DNA from: Mobula hypostoma
Lineage: Eukaryota
DNA: 64,000 bases
NCBI RefSeq assembly: GCF_963921235.1
Contig: NC_086108.1
Location: 31,250,001 to 31,314,000 of the forward strand
Direction: 5' to 3'
Part shown: positions 50,591 to 63,207 of the stretch, in pieces
How the letters are laid out: each line of letters begins with the position of its first letter
Position numbering within the stretch: the stretch's first letter is position 1
The notes under the pieces: generated by a model
Databases searched by the model: none
What the model saw: the letters and a program-made list of their open reading frames with translations, nothing else
What the model was told of the DNA's origin: nothing
Program-made: the position numbers and the translations under genes

Positions 50591-50900
50591 CTAGAACATG
50601 AAGGGAATCTTCTTCACTCAGAGGCCCACGTGAGTATAGGACGAGCTGACAGCACAAGTGGTGCATGTGAGCACAATTATAGCGTTTCAGAGAAGTTTGG
50701 ATAGGTACTGTATAGGGATGCAGGAGGTATGGAGGGAAAAGACCCCATGGCAGGTCGGAGGCAGTTTAAATTGCTTGGCATGGGATAGATGAACCAAAGG
50801 GTGTTTCCTTGCCATACTTTTCTATTACTAAGTGAATAATTTGAAGAGTAATGGTGCTAGGAGAATGGTTTAGAAAACAGAAGTTGAGAAAAATTAAAAG

Positions 50901-51205
50901 GCTGTGCTCAGTAACACAGGTACACAGCACGTAGAACAGATTGTGCTAATTTACACTGCAACACAACGCATGGGACAGACTGTGTTCACTTACACTGCAA
51001 CATAACACATGGGACAGGCTGTTTAGTAACACAGAAACACAGCAGATGGGACAGACACTGCTCGGTAACGCAGGAACACAGCAGATGGGACAGGCTGAGA
51101 TCAGTAACTCAAGTACACGGCACAGGGGTTGGAGAGTGCTCATTTACACTGAAACACAGTAAATGGGGGAAACTGTGTTCAGTAACACAGTAACATAGCA
51201 CATGT
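50901..51205. repeat. Degenerate 39-bp minisatellite, block 1
   Basis: Repeats of CTGTGCTCAGTAACACAGGAACACAGCACATGGGACAGA-like units. Confidence 0.85.
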
Positions 51206-51465
51206 TAAATTGTACCACAGAAGCAAAACTCAAAAGGGTGAAGAATGTAGGACTGAAGGTGCTGTATTTAAATATGCATAGCATTTGTAATAAGGTGGAC
51301 AAACTCATGGCGCAGTTAGAGATTGGTCAGTATGATGTTATCGGCATCACTGAGTCATAGCTGAAAGAAGGCCATAGTTAGGAGCTTATCATCAAAGGAC
51401 AAACTTTGTATCAAAAGGACTGGCAGGAAGGCATTGGCAGTGTGGTGGATCTGTTGGTAAGAGAT

Positions 51466-53267
51466 GTTTGGGCTCATAGGACTAGTTATTTCAATCCCCT
51501 TGTTAAGCAGGTCCTAACTTAGGTCATAGCTCAGAGATCTTGAGATAGGACTTGGTGGGTGGCAGATGCTTCCCAGGGGTCATCAGGTGAGCACACCCCT
51601 TCTTAGATGTCTCATCAGTTTAACCCATTACATCTCCAGAAGGCTCAACAGTGCGACCCGGCATCCCAGGTGCCACCCATGGGTCATTTTAGGGCCCAGC
51701 TGCCATCACTCCTCTTCATCCGTAACCAGTGGCTGCTCCATTCAGCTACCTCCAGGAGTTCTTTTATAGCTTGCCACGGGCCCTGGCCTCAGACTCCGAT
51801 CTGGTCATGGAAGGAGCCACAAATCCTCGGCAGCCAACCCCTACTGGGGAAATCTGCACCCTCCATCCACACTGCTTAGCATCTGCGGCCAGCTCAGTGT
51901 ATCTTAGGTGTTTCTGCTCATACCCCTCGCAGACTGTATCTTCCCAGGGCACTGTGATCTCTGAGATAACTACAGCTGGACCTCAAGACCAAATCTGGTC
52001 TAAGGATGGTAGTGGCTGTCTCTGGGGGAAATATTAGTCTCTTGTCATGGTTGACAGCCATGTTCCAGTCAGGAGCAGACCTGACACCAACCGTGTTACT
52101 GAGGCTGGCACTGTCTGTCCTTGTAGGACAAAGAGGATGGTGGTTCTTCCACTCATATGGGGCTTAGAGTTGTTATTCAGCCTTTGCTTCTCCACAATTG
52201 ACGCCAAACATCAGAGGAACTAGTTGTGTCTCCATGTATATCTTCCTTGAGTGAGGCTTACTTTGCAAGATGAGAGGACATGCTTGAGGTTTGCTGTTCT
52301 TCCACAGGCTGGGCAAGCTGGGTGTTCACTGAGCCACTGGTTCAGATTTTTGGGAGTTGGGTGAACATCATAAACAGCTCTTTTAAGGAAGCTAATCTCT
52401 CTTCCTTCCTTTTCCCATCAGTCTTTCCAGCTGAATTTCCTTGTGTCAATGTTTTCCCACCTTGTCCACTGTCCCTGTTTTGCCTGAGACACTGCTCTTG
52501 CATACCTCATCTGTTCCTGTCATTGTACGTCCTCCAACACCATAGCTCGCTTTTGCCTTTGTATTGTCGCCTTTTGCCAAATAGGCTTATTTGAGCCTGT
52601 GCCAAGGACCCCTCTTCCAGGTTGCACCTGGACCACCATGTCTGCAAACCTGTGTACTGCTTTTGCCTGTTTTCCTGACTCTACTGGACACCACTTTCTC
52701 CCTATTAAGGTCCTGGGTGCAGTATCCTGGACAACACTGTCACGAGATTCCAAGAGAGTCATCTCAAGCCTCACCTTGGAACAGTTGAACTTTTTAGTCA
52801 GCCCCATGACAGGTAGCTCCAGAGCTCCATTGCCATACTGGTAGATGTTACTTAGTGACCTTGGTAGGCCCATCCACCTCTTAATGAAGGAACTAACTTT
52901 CCTCTCCAGCTTTTCAACATGAGTGATGGGGACTTCATACAGAGTCAGTGGCCACAACACCCAAGGGAGCATTCAGCTTCAGATAATCTTCCAACTCTTC
53001 CTTTGACATCTTAGGAGTTCTATTCTTCTGCTTTGTGAAAATGCTTTTCACAAACTTGTAGGGGTCCAAATAGAATTGTGTTCAAGTGTGTCCTTTCTTC
53101 TTTCATCAAAGCCTGATGTTTTCTGCCCTCCTTAGAGTCGACAATCATGCCTTTGGTTCTGTCTGCAGGATGTTGATTCCTTCTCTTTCCTCCATGGTTG
53201 ATTTACTCCACTGTTTCTTCAGTTGCCATCTGTCGTCATGAGGCCCTCTATCTCCTTTTGTCTTCTT
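51466..53267 (-). mobile_element. HERO-like RLE retrotransposon, second 3' part, with internal deletion near 52970
   Basis: LWPLTLYEVPITHVEKLERK..; PWEDTVCEGYEQKHLRY..VGCRGF; homologous to 33748-35210. Confidence 0.85.
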
Positions 53268-55963
53268 GGCTTGGCCCACACCCTTCTTAACAATGTTGCT
53301 GAGCAGAGAGATCTTGGGGTCCAATTTCATAGCTCCATGAAAGTGGTTACACATCTCGATGGGGTGGTTAAAAGGCTGATGGAATGCTTGCTTTAATCAG
53401 TCAAGGCATTAAGTTGAAAAGCCAAGAGGTTATGTTGCAACTTTATAAGCATCTGGTGAGGCCACAGCTGCAGTATTGCATACAGTACTGGTCACCCACT
53501 GTAGGAAGAATATTGAGGTTTTGGAGAGGGTGCAGAAGAATTTTACCAGAATGCTGCCTGGTTTTGACGGCATGTGCTATCATAAGAGGCTGAAGAAACT
53601 TGGGTTGTATTCTTCGGTGTGACAGAGGCTGAGGGGAGATCTGTTAGAGGTTTATACGATTGTGAGAGGCTTAGATTGAGTAGACAGGGAGTATCGTTTT
53701 CTCTGGGTAGAAATGTCCAGTACCAGAGGGCATGCATTGAAGGTGAGAGGGGTTAGGTTCAAAGGAGATGTGAGGGGTAAGTTTTCATGGGTGCCTGGTA
53801 TGGTTGTAGAGGCAAATGCATTAGAAAGGCTTTTAAGATACAATGGATAGGCATTTGGATGTGGACATTAGGTAGGTAAGAGGGATTAGTTTTTGGGGGT
53901 TATGATTTATTTTTTAGCTAGTTCAGCGCAACATCGTGGGCTGAAGAGCCCATTTTTTTGCTGCAATATTCTATGTTTTGTGTTCTAAATCTCTTCTGTC
54001 TCTGTGCCTGTCAAAGTAATTTAAAATCTTATTTATGTATCCATCTCAACCACTTCGTCTGGGAGCTCATTTCATATATGGAACACCACCACCTCCTCCC
54101 CAGGTTTCTATTAAATCCCTCCCCCCTCACCTTAATCCTATGTTCTCTAGTTCATGATTTCTCAGCCCTTGGGGGAACGATTGTGGACATTGATCCTTTC
54201 TATGGTCCTCATGATTTTACACACTGCTATAATATTGCCCCTCATTCTCCTGTGGTCCAATGAGAAAAGTTCCAATCTGCTCAAGCTCTTTCCATGACTC
54301 AAGTCCTTCAAGTCCTGACCATATCCTCATAAATCTCCTTTATATTCCTCTTGGGATGAGGAGGATAATGGAAAAACCTGGGCAGAACCAATACAGGTGA
54401 TAGAGAGAATGTGAAAAATCCATCCCCATTCCTGTGTGGCTGCAGTGTTACCTGCTGGACTACCATATCTCAGCCTTGTGGCAACATATTGTAGTTTATG
54501 CTGTTAGAGTATATTGATTACCTGTCTGTCAGTGAATGAGTAAGTGAGTAGGAAAAGAATGAACAATGATAGAAGTTTCTGCCCTCCTTAGAGTTGACTA
54601 TCATGCTTTTAGTTCTGGCTGCAAGATGTTGATTCTTTGTCTTTCCTCCATGGTTGATTTTCTTCACTATTTCTTCAGTTGCCGTCTCTCCTTCATGAGG
54701 CCCTCTATCTCCTTTTGTCTTCTTGATTTGGACTGTGCTGGCAGCTTTGATTTAATTATTTCCCCCACTCCAAATCTTTCCGCTCCATAGTTGTAAATGA
54801 GGTCACCCATCCTCTCATTATCTTCCTAACTGTGTCCTTCAGCCCACTGAGGAATCTGCTTAGATCCTTGCCAACCGTTGCCCATTCTTTCTTGTTGAAG
54901 GTTTTTAGCCATTTCACACGTCGCTTTTTCACCTGCAGCTTCTATTGTGCTGGCTGCCCTTGTCTATCCTGTGAGGAGTGGTCTTCACTGTCCTTGTCTA
55001 TCCTGTGAGGAGTGGTCTTCACTGTCCTTGTCTATCCTGTGAGGAGTGGTCTTCACTGCCCTTGTCTATCCTGTGAGGAGTGGTCTTCACTGTCCTTGTC
55101 TATCCTGTGAGGAGTGGTCTTCACTGTCCTTGTCTATCCTGTGAGGAGTGGTCTTCACTGTCCTTGTCTATCCTGTGAGGAGTGGTCTTCACTGCCCTTG
55201 TCTATCCTGTGAGGAGTGGTCTTCACTGTCCTTGTCTATCCTGTGAGGAGTGGTCTTCACTGTCCTTGTCTATCCTGTGAGGAGTGGTCTTCACTGTCCT
55301 TGTCTATCCTGTGAGGAGTGGTCTTCACTGTCCTTGTCTATCCTGTGAGGAGTGGTCTTCAGTGCTGATGCGCACCTCTGAGACCGCACCTGGGTCACTG
55401 ATGCTCTGCAGACTTTGGGTTCCATCGTGCCACTGAACTTCATTTGACTTACTCGTGCTTTCCTCAAGAAATACTGGTTGATGCAAGGTCCCAGCCTTGT
55501 CTCCATCAAGCACTTCATCTTGCCCTGGTGTATCTTCAAGCCCCTAGCTGATGTTACTTTGGACCAGTCACAGATGCAACTCTGGAGTATGCTTCCTGCT
55601 GGTGTCACTGACTCGAGTACTATACTGCCTATGTTTCTCATAGTCAAAGTCATGCCATGCTCTGTTACCAGAATATCCATCCTTGAGTCATCTTGTTCCC
55701 CAACTCTCACTGACTCTGGGGGTATCTTACTTTTTGTAGTTATTGTAGCTATCAGTGGTTGAGCCCTATATGCTACTTAGGCAAGAGGAGTCTGCTGCCA
55801 TGGGTAGCTGACCCATGGCAACCCCAATGGGGTCTTTCCCTCCTGTCATCTCTCTTTTCAGGATGTCACCAGGACTCTCCCTGGTTGTCAACTGCTCTCT
55901 CACAGCAGTCACTGATGAATCAGATTTATAGTTTGAGCTCATAGGACTAGATGTTTCAATCCC
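53268..55963 (+). repeat. Segmental duplication copy 2 (partner 26202-28673)
   Basis: Colinear near-identity; longer mainly because of 7 extra VNTR units. Confidence 0.95.
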
Positions 55964-55981
55964 TTTAATTGGCAGATACTA
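54576..55981 (-). mobile_element. HERO-like element, 5' part (second copy)
   Basis: Same zinc finger and 5' UTR as 27514-28690. Confidence 0.75.
54955..55361. repeat. 34-bp VNTR, 12 copies
   Basis: Same unit as 27893-28061; variant TGCCCTT in units 1, 4 and 8. Confidence 0.97.
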
Positions 55982-57832
55982 TACATCTTTAGAAAGAGGT
56001 AACATAGGGTCAGAGAATGTTGAATTTTTGTGGGTGAAGTTAAGAAATTGCAAGAGTAAAAAAAATCATTATGGGAATCATATATTGGCCTCTAAATAGT
56101 AGCGAAGCTGTGGGGTTAAGATTTCAAATAGAGCCAGAAAAAGCATCCAGTAAGGGTAATGACACTGTTGTAATGGGGGACTTCAATATGCAAGGGGATT
56201 AGGAAAATCAAGTTGGTGTCAGATCACAAGCGAGGGAATTTGTTGAATGCCTATGCCTAGGCTTTTTAGAGCAGCTTGTGCAAGCCTAATTGAGGAAAAG
56301 TTACCTTAGGTTGAGCATTATGTAATAACCCAGATCTTATTAGGGAGCTTAATGCAGGATCATACCATGCTTAACTTCCTACTGCAATCTGAGGTGGTGA
56401 AGCATAATTCACATGTATTAGTATGACAATGGTATAAAGGGAATTACAGAGGCATGGGAGAGGAACTTGCCCAGGTGGATTGGAGGAGGACACTGGCGGG
56501 GATGACGGCTGAAGTTTCTGGGAATAGTTCACAAGGCAGAGGATCGATAGATCCCACAGCAGAAGAAGTTCTCAAATAGCAAGGGTAGGCATCTGTAGCT
56601 GATACAGGAAGTTAAGGGCTGCAAAAAAGCCAAGGAAAAGGCATGTAAGGTAGAAAAAGTGTGTGGGAAGCTGGATGATTGGGAAGCTTTTAAAACCCCT
56701 CAAAAGACAACTAAAAAAGCTCTAAGAAAGGAAAAGACGAAATATGAGGGCAGAATAGCCAATATTATAAAGCAGGATAGCAAAAGCTTTTTCAGTTATA
56801 TAAAGAGTAAAAGGGAGTTTAGAGTTGATATTGGACCGCTGGAAAATGATGCTGGTGAGGTAGTAACGTGGGACAAAGAAATGGCAGGTGAACTTAATGA
56901 CTACTTTTCACTGTGGAAGACATTAGCAGTATGCCAGAGGGCCGTGAGTATCAGGGAGCAGGAGTGAGTGCCATTGCTATTACAAAGGAACAATGCTAGG
57001 CAAGGCTGAAAGGTCTTAAGGTGGATAAGTTACCTAGGCCAGATGGACGACATCCCAGAGTCCTGAGAGAGGTTGCAGCAGAGATAACAGATCTTTTCTT
57101 TCAGGAATCACTTGATTCTGGCATAGTCCTAGAGGACTGGAAGTTTACAAATGTTATTCCACTCCTTCAGGAGAGAGGAAGGCAAAAGAAAGGAAATTAT
57201 AAGCCAGTTAGCCTAACCTGAGTGGATGGGAAAGTGTTGGAGTCTATTATTAAGGATGCGGTTTTGAGGTATTTGGAGAAAATGATAAAATAAGTTGAAA
57301 TCAGCATGGCTTCTGTAAAAGGAAATCTTGCCTGACAAATCCGTTAGAGTTCTTCGAGGAAGTAACAAGCAGGGTGGACAAAGGAGAGGCAGTGGATGTC
57401 ATTTACTTGGATTTTGAGAAGGTGTTTGATAAGGTACCACACATGAGGCTGCTTAACCAGATATAATCCTATGGCGTTACAGGAAAGATAATGGCATGGA
57501 TCGTGGAATGGCCGACTGACAGGAGGCAGAAAGTGGGAATAAAAGGGGCCTTTTCTGGTTGACTGCCGGTGACTAGCAGTGTTCCTCAGGGACTACTGCT
57601 TTTCACATTGCTTGTTAATGACCTAGATAACAGAATTGATGGCTTGGTGGCAAGGTTTGGGGATGATAGGAAGATAGGTGAAGGGGTAGGTAGTGCTGAG
57701 GAAGCAATGCAATTGCAGAAGGACTTGGACAAATTGGAAAAATTGTCAAGAAAGAGGCAGATGAAATACAGTGTTGGAAAATGTATGATGATGCATTTTG
57801 GTAAAAGGGACAGTGGTGTGGACTATTATTTA

Positions 57833-58830
57833 AGTAAATCTAAGTAAAACTAAGTTCATAATATTTGGAAACTGTCTACCAAACTCATCTAGTAAACTTA
57901 GAATAAATGATGTTGAAATTGATAAGGTATCTGAAACAAAATTTTTAGGAGTGGTAATAGATAATAAATTAAGCTGGAAACCACATATAAATTATGTCAA
58001 AGCAAAAATGTCAAAATCTATTGCAATACTGTACAAAGCACAAGATTTCTTAAATCAGGAATCTTGGCGTACATTATACTGTTCACTTATAGTCCCATAC
58101 ATGACTTACTGGGGAAATGGGGAAATACATACAAAACAAATACAAACTCAACTTTTCTCCTCCAAAAGAAAGTCATACAAATTGTAATTAAGACAAGTTA
58201 TTATGAGCCAACCAATCCAATATTTATTCAACTAAACACTTTAAAATTCAGATATTTCATAGATTTTAAAATAATACAAATTATGTAAAAAGTAAAAAGT
58301 GGACAGCTACCACAAAGTATCCAAGGGTTGTTTAAAATAAGAGAAAGTCAACATGGTTTGAGATGAATTTCAAAAACAAAAGATTTCAAAAACAAAGGAT
58401 AAGAACAAATGTAAAAAATCATTGTATTTCAGTCAGAGGGGTGAATCTGTGGAACAGTTGTAGTGAGAATTTAAAAACATACACCACACTTAACAAGTTT
58501 AAAAAATTATTTAAAAATAATTTAATGAACAAATGTAAAATACATGATTTAAAATGAATGGGAGTAATGTAAATAAATGATACTTGGAATTGGATTTTGT
58601 TTTAAAAGATTATGAAATTTTTGTTTTGATGTGAAGATTGACACCAAATATTTTATCGTATAAGTAAGAGGGGTAGGCGTAATAAGCTGTAGCTTTAGCC
58701 TACACCCTTTCGGACTGTTTTAAAGAATATCTATGTTTTTTTGTTGTAATTTTGTTCTATGAAATCATCGTTGAAAATGATGCTTTTTGTTATGTTTGTA
58801 CTGACTGAAATAAATTTCATTCATTCATTC
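57833..58830 (+). mobile_element. L2/Crack-type LINE 3' part
   Basis: KFLGVVIDNKLSWKPHINYVKAKMSKSIAILYK..LYCSLIVPY..WGNTYKTN..LLQKK; (TTCA)n tail; ATTTA on both sides as a possible TSD. Confidence 0.75.
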
Positions 58831-59640
58831 ATTTAGTGGAGAGTAGGATCAAACATCAGAGGTACAAATGGTCTTGGGAGTCCTCGTGCAAGACTCCCAG
58901 GAGGTTAATTTACAGGTTGAGTCTGTGGTAAAGAAGGCAAATGCAATGTTGGCATTTATTTCAAGGGGAATAGAATATAAAAGCAAGGAGATAATGCTGA
59001 GTCTTTATAAGATAACTAGTCAGGCTGCACTTAAGAGTATTGTTAACAGTTTTGGGCCGCATATCTCAGAAAGGATGTGTTATCATTGTAGAGAGTCCAG
59101 AGGAGGTTCACGAGGATGATTCTTGGCATGAAGGGGTTTTCATATGAGGAGCCTTTGGCAGCTTTGGGAATGTATTCAATGGAACTTAGAAGAATGCGGG
59201 ATGGAATCTCATTGAAGTCTACCGGATGTTGAGAGGTCTAGAAAAGGTGGATGTGGAGAGAATGTTTCCTGTGGTGGGGGTATCCAGAACTAGAGGGCAC
59301 AGCATCAAAATTGATCCATTAGATAAGAGGTAAAGGGGAATTTTTTTACCAGCAGGGTAATAAATCTATGGAAGCTCTGCCACAGACTGCGGTGGAGGCC
59401 ATGTCCGTGCTTTGTAACACAGGAACACAGCACATGGGAGTGTTTGTCCTCTGTAAAACAGGAACGCAGCCCATGGGACAGACTGTGCTCAGTCACACAT
59501 GAACACAGCACATCGGACAGGGGGTCTGACTGTGGTCAGTAGCACAGAAACACAGCACAGGGTACAGACTCTGCTCAGTAACACAGAGACCCAACTTGTG
59601 GGACAAACTGTGCACTGTAACCAGGAACACAACACGTGGG

Positions 59641-60278
59641 ACACTCACAATGCGCTGGAGGAACTCAGCAATTCAGTCAGCATCAGTTGAAAAGATTAGT
59701 CGACGTTTCGGGCCGAAACCCTTCATCAGGACTGAAGGAAGAACTTTGGGGAGGGTTTGAAGAATGCTGGTAGTTGAAAAAAACAGTAACAAAGGGGTGG
59801 GGGAGGGGAAGCAGGGAGGTGATTGGCAGGAGAACAATGCGCAGTAGTAGAAGGAGGCGGAACTATGAGGGAGGTGATGTGAAAGAGGGATAGAGGAAGG
59901 GAGGGGAAGGGAATTACCGGAAGTTGGAGAATTCTATGTTCATACCAAGCGGCTGGAGACTACCTAGATGGTATATGAGGTTTTGCTCCTCCAACCTGAG
60001 TTTAGCCTCATCATGGCAGTAGAGGAGGCCATGTATGGACATATCTGAATGGGAATGGGAAGCAGAGTTGAAGTGGGTGGCTACCGGGAGATCCTGTCTG
60101 TTGTGGCGGACGGAGTTTCTTCAAACCCTCCCCAAAGTTCTTCCTTCAGTCCTGACGAAGGGTTTCGGCCCAAAACATCGACTGATCTTTTCAACCGATG
60201 CTGACTGACCTGCTGAGTTCCTCTAGCGTATTGTGAGTGTTCCTTTGACAACAGCATCTGCAGATTATTTTGTGTTTA
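59641..60278 (-). mobile_element. 5'-truncated Penelope-like element with inverted pseudo-LTR
   Basis: Open C-terminus at 60114-59914, SVRHNRQDLPVATHFNSASHSHSDMSIHGLLYCHDEAKLRLEEQNLIYHLGSLQPLGMNIEFSNFR*; inverted arms 59641-59764 and 60117-60240. Confidence 0.85.
59698..59733 (-). ncRNA. Minimal type I hammerhead ribozyme motif (Penelope pLTR)
   Basis: Minus strand AGUC-CUGAUGA-A-GGG-UUUCGG-CCC-GAAAC-GUC-GACU: stem I AGUC/GACU, stem II GGG/CCC, palindromic ACGU stem III. Confidence 0.75.
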
Positions 60279-61586
60279 CAGAACACATGGGACAGTCTAG
60301 GCTCGGTAGCACAGAAACAACAGCCCAAGGTACAGGATGTGCTCAGTTACACAGGAACAGAGCACATGGGCTCAGTAATCTGTTCAGTAATACTGGAACA
60401 CTGCTCATGGGGATAGGCTCTGCTCAGTAACACAGAGGCACAGCATGTGGGGCAAATTGGGCACAGTAACACAGGAACACAGAACATGGTAATGGTTGTG
60501 CCCAGTAACACAGCACATCAGCCGGACTGTGCCCAGTAACTCAGGAACAGAGCACAAGGGACAGAATGTTCTCAGTAACACAGGAACACAGCACAGCCTA
60601 CAGGCACTGCTCAGTAACCCAGAGACACAGCTTATGGGACAAACAGTGCACAGTAACACAGGAACACACCGTATGGGAGAAGCTATGCTCAGTAACACAG
60701 AACACAGCACGTGGGATAGACCGCGCTCCTTTATATTGCAACACAGCAAATTGGACAAGCTGCTGAGTAATTCAGAGACACAGCACAAGGGGCAGAATGT
60801 GCTCATTAACACAGGGACACAGCACAGAGTTCAGACTGCGATCAGTAACACAGTAAATGGGACAAATTGTGCTCATTACCCAAGGAACACAGCACATGAA
60901 ACAGACTGTGCACAGTAACACAAGAATACAGTACATGTGTCAGAGTGTGCTCAGTGACTCAGGAACAGAGGACAGTGGATAGACCGCTCAGTGACTCAGG
61001 AAAACAGCACATGGTACAGACTGTGCTCATTTACACAGGAACACAACAAATGGGACAGGCTGTGTTCAGTAACACAGGATCACAGCACATGGGACAGTAT
61101 GTTGTCATTAACACAGTGACACGGCATATGGGACAAACTGTGCTCGGTAACACAGTGACATGACTTGTGGGACTGACTGTGCTCGGTAACACAGTGACAT
61201 GACTTGTGGGACTGACTGTGCTCGGTAGCACAGTGACATGACTTGTGGGACTGACTGTGCTCGGTAACACAGTGACATGACTTGTGGGACTGACTGTGCT
61301 CGGTAGCACAGTGACATGACTTGTGGGACTGACTGTGCTCGGTAACACAGTGACATGACTTGTGGGACTGACTGTGCTCGGTAACACAGTGACATGACTT
61401 GTGGGACTGACTGTGCTCGGTAGCACAGTGACATGACTTGTGGGACTGACTGTGCTCGGTAACACAGTGACATGACTTGTGGGACTGACTGTGGTCGGTA
61501 GCACAGTGACATGACTTGTGGGACTGACTGTGCTCGGTAGCACAGTGACATGACTTGTGGGACTGACTGTGCTCGGTAACATAGGA

Positions 61587-62015
61587 GCTTCTTCTTCGGT
61601 TGTCCATCAAGTTCCGATGACAACATCCACTCCTTTAATGGTGAGATCTTTGATGACTATACAGTCCTATCCTGGACCCGCGAGCTCTATTGCAAGTGGG
61701 ACATGTATATGTAGTAGTACTAAGGCTGCATTTCTCCTGGCTCTCTTCTGCTGTCTTCTGGTTGTTCTTTCCATCTCCAGAATGCAAACCCCATCCCTAC
61801 ACAGCTGTCGCCAAGTGGTACAGTCAGCAGCAACCTCCTCCAGGTCCTCGGGTCTGATCTTGCACTTCCTTAAAGCATTCTTCATCTGATCCTTATAGCG
61901 CTTCTTCAGCCCTCCAGCTGAGCGTAGACCATGATGTAGCTGGCCATATAACACTCTGCGGGGTAGACGACATGGGGGCATCCTTATCACGTGCCCCAGC
62001 CACTGCAGCTGATGC
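61587..62015 (-). mobile_element. RTE-clade LINE 3' fragment
   Basis: QLQWLGHVIRMPPCRLPRRVLYGQL..RSAGGLKKRYKDQMK..WRQLC; (GAA)n tail at 61587-61597. Confidence 0.85.
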
Positions 62016-62094
62016 ACAACAAATGGGAGAGATTGTGCTTGGTAACACAATAACACAGCACATGGGACAAATTGTGCTCAGTAACACAGGAACA

Positions 62095-63207
62095 GTGGAA
62101 ATATATTAGCTTGGATAGAGAAATGGCTGACAGGCAGGAGGCAGCAAGTGGGAATAAAAGGTGCCTATTCTGCTTGGCTGCCAGTGACTAGTGGTGTTCC
62201 TCAGGGGTCAGTTTTGGAGCGGTTTTTTTTCACATTGTTCGTCAATGATTTAGTGCAATTGATGGCTTTGTAACAAAGTTCACGGTTGATGAGAAGATAG
62301 GTGGAGAGCTAGGTAGTGCTGAGGAAGCAATATGATTACAGCATGACTTGGACAAATCAGAAGAATGGGCAAAAAAGTGGCAGATGGAATACAGTGTTGG
62401 GAAATGTATGATAATACATTTTGGTAAAATGAGTAATAGAGCAGACTATTATCTAAATAGGGAGAAAGTTCTAACATCAGAGGTGTAAAGGGACTTAGGA
62501 GTCTTCATGAAAGACTCCCAGAAGGTTAATTCACAAGTTGAGTCTGTGGTAAAGAAGGCAAATATAATGTTGACATTTATTTCAAGGGGAATAGAATATA
62601 TAAACAAGGAGATAATGCTGAGTCTTTACAAGACACTAGTCAGGCCACGCTTGGAGTATGCAAACAGTTTTGGGCCCCTTATCTCAGAAGGATATTTTAT
62701 CGTTGGAGAGAGTCCGGAGGAGGATCACAAGGATAATTTTGGGAATGAAGGGGTTAACATATGAGAAGTCTTTGGAAGCTTTGAGCCTGTACTCACTGGA
62801 ATTTGAAAGAATGTGTGGGGATCTCATTGAAACTTACCGAATGTTGAAAGAACTAGAAAAGGTGGATGTGGAGAGGATGTTTCCTCTACTGGGGGTATCC
62901 AGTACTAGAGAGCACAGCCTCAAAATTGAGGGGCAATCTTTTAAAACAGAATTACGGAGGAATTTTTTTAACTAAAGATTAGAGAATCTGTGGAAGGCTC
63001 TGCTACAGACTGTGGTGGAGGCCAAGCCCACTGGTGTATTCAAAGCGGAGTTGATAGACTCCTGCTTGCTCGAGGCATCAGGGGATTTGATGAGAGGTCA
63101 GGTGTAAGGGGTTGAATTGGATCCGGGATCAGCCGTGATGAAATGGTGGAGTGGACTCGATGGGCTGAATGGCCTAATTCTGCTCCTATGTCCTATAGTC
63201 TTATGGC
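62095..63207 (+). mobile_element. CR1 3' part
   Basis: GVPQGSVL remnant, VVKKANIMLTFISRGIEY, LVRPRLEY; tail CCTATGTCCTATAGTCTTATGG. Confidence 0.88.

Larger units (their letters stand above)
51230..59405 (+). mobile_element. CR1 ORF2 copy, interrupted at 51466-55981 (HERO-like block) and 57833-58830 (L2/Crack)
   Basis: APE start LKVLYLN..IGITES..LLVRD resumes at about 55982 as TSLERGNIGSENVE..GDFN; RT and C-terminal remnants run to about 59400. Confidence 0.85.

Noticed and set aside
54955..55361. CRISPR array (34-bp repeats; also the 39-bp array)
   Set aside because: Units are directly adjacent with no unique spacers, there are no cas genes, and the context is a eukaryotic TE field.
55905..55960. 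Plus-strand hammerhead at CTGATGAATCAGATT
   Set aside because: No GAAA follows the short stem, and it is antisense to the element.
61138..61581. V(D)J recombination signal array (CACAGTG in each unit)
   Set aside because: No ACAAAAACC-like nonamer at 12 or 23 bp, and no V, D or J segments nearby.
61031..61626. Mucin-like or Cys/His-rich repeat protein
   Set aside because: All three minus frames are open only because the 39-bp unit lacks stops; the degenerate flanking units do not keep frame and there is no exon context.
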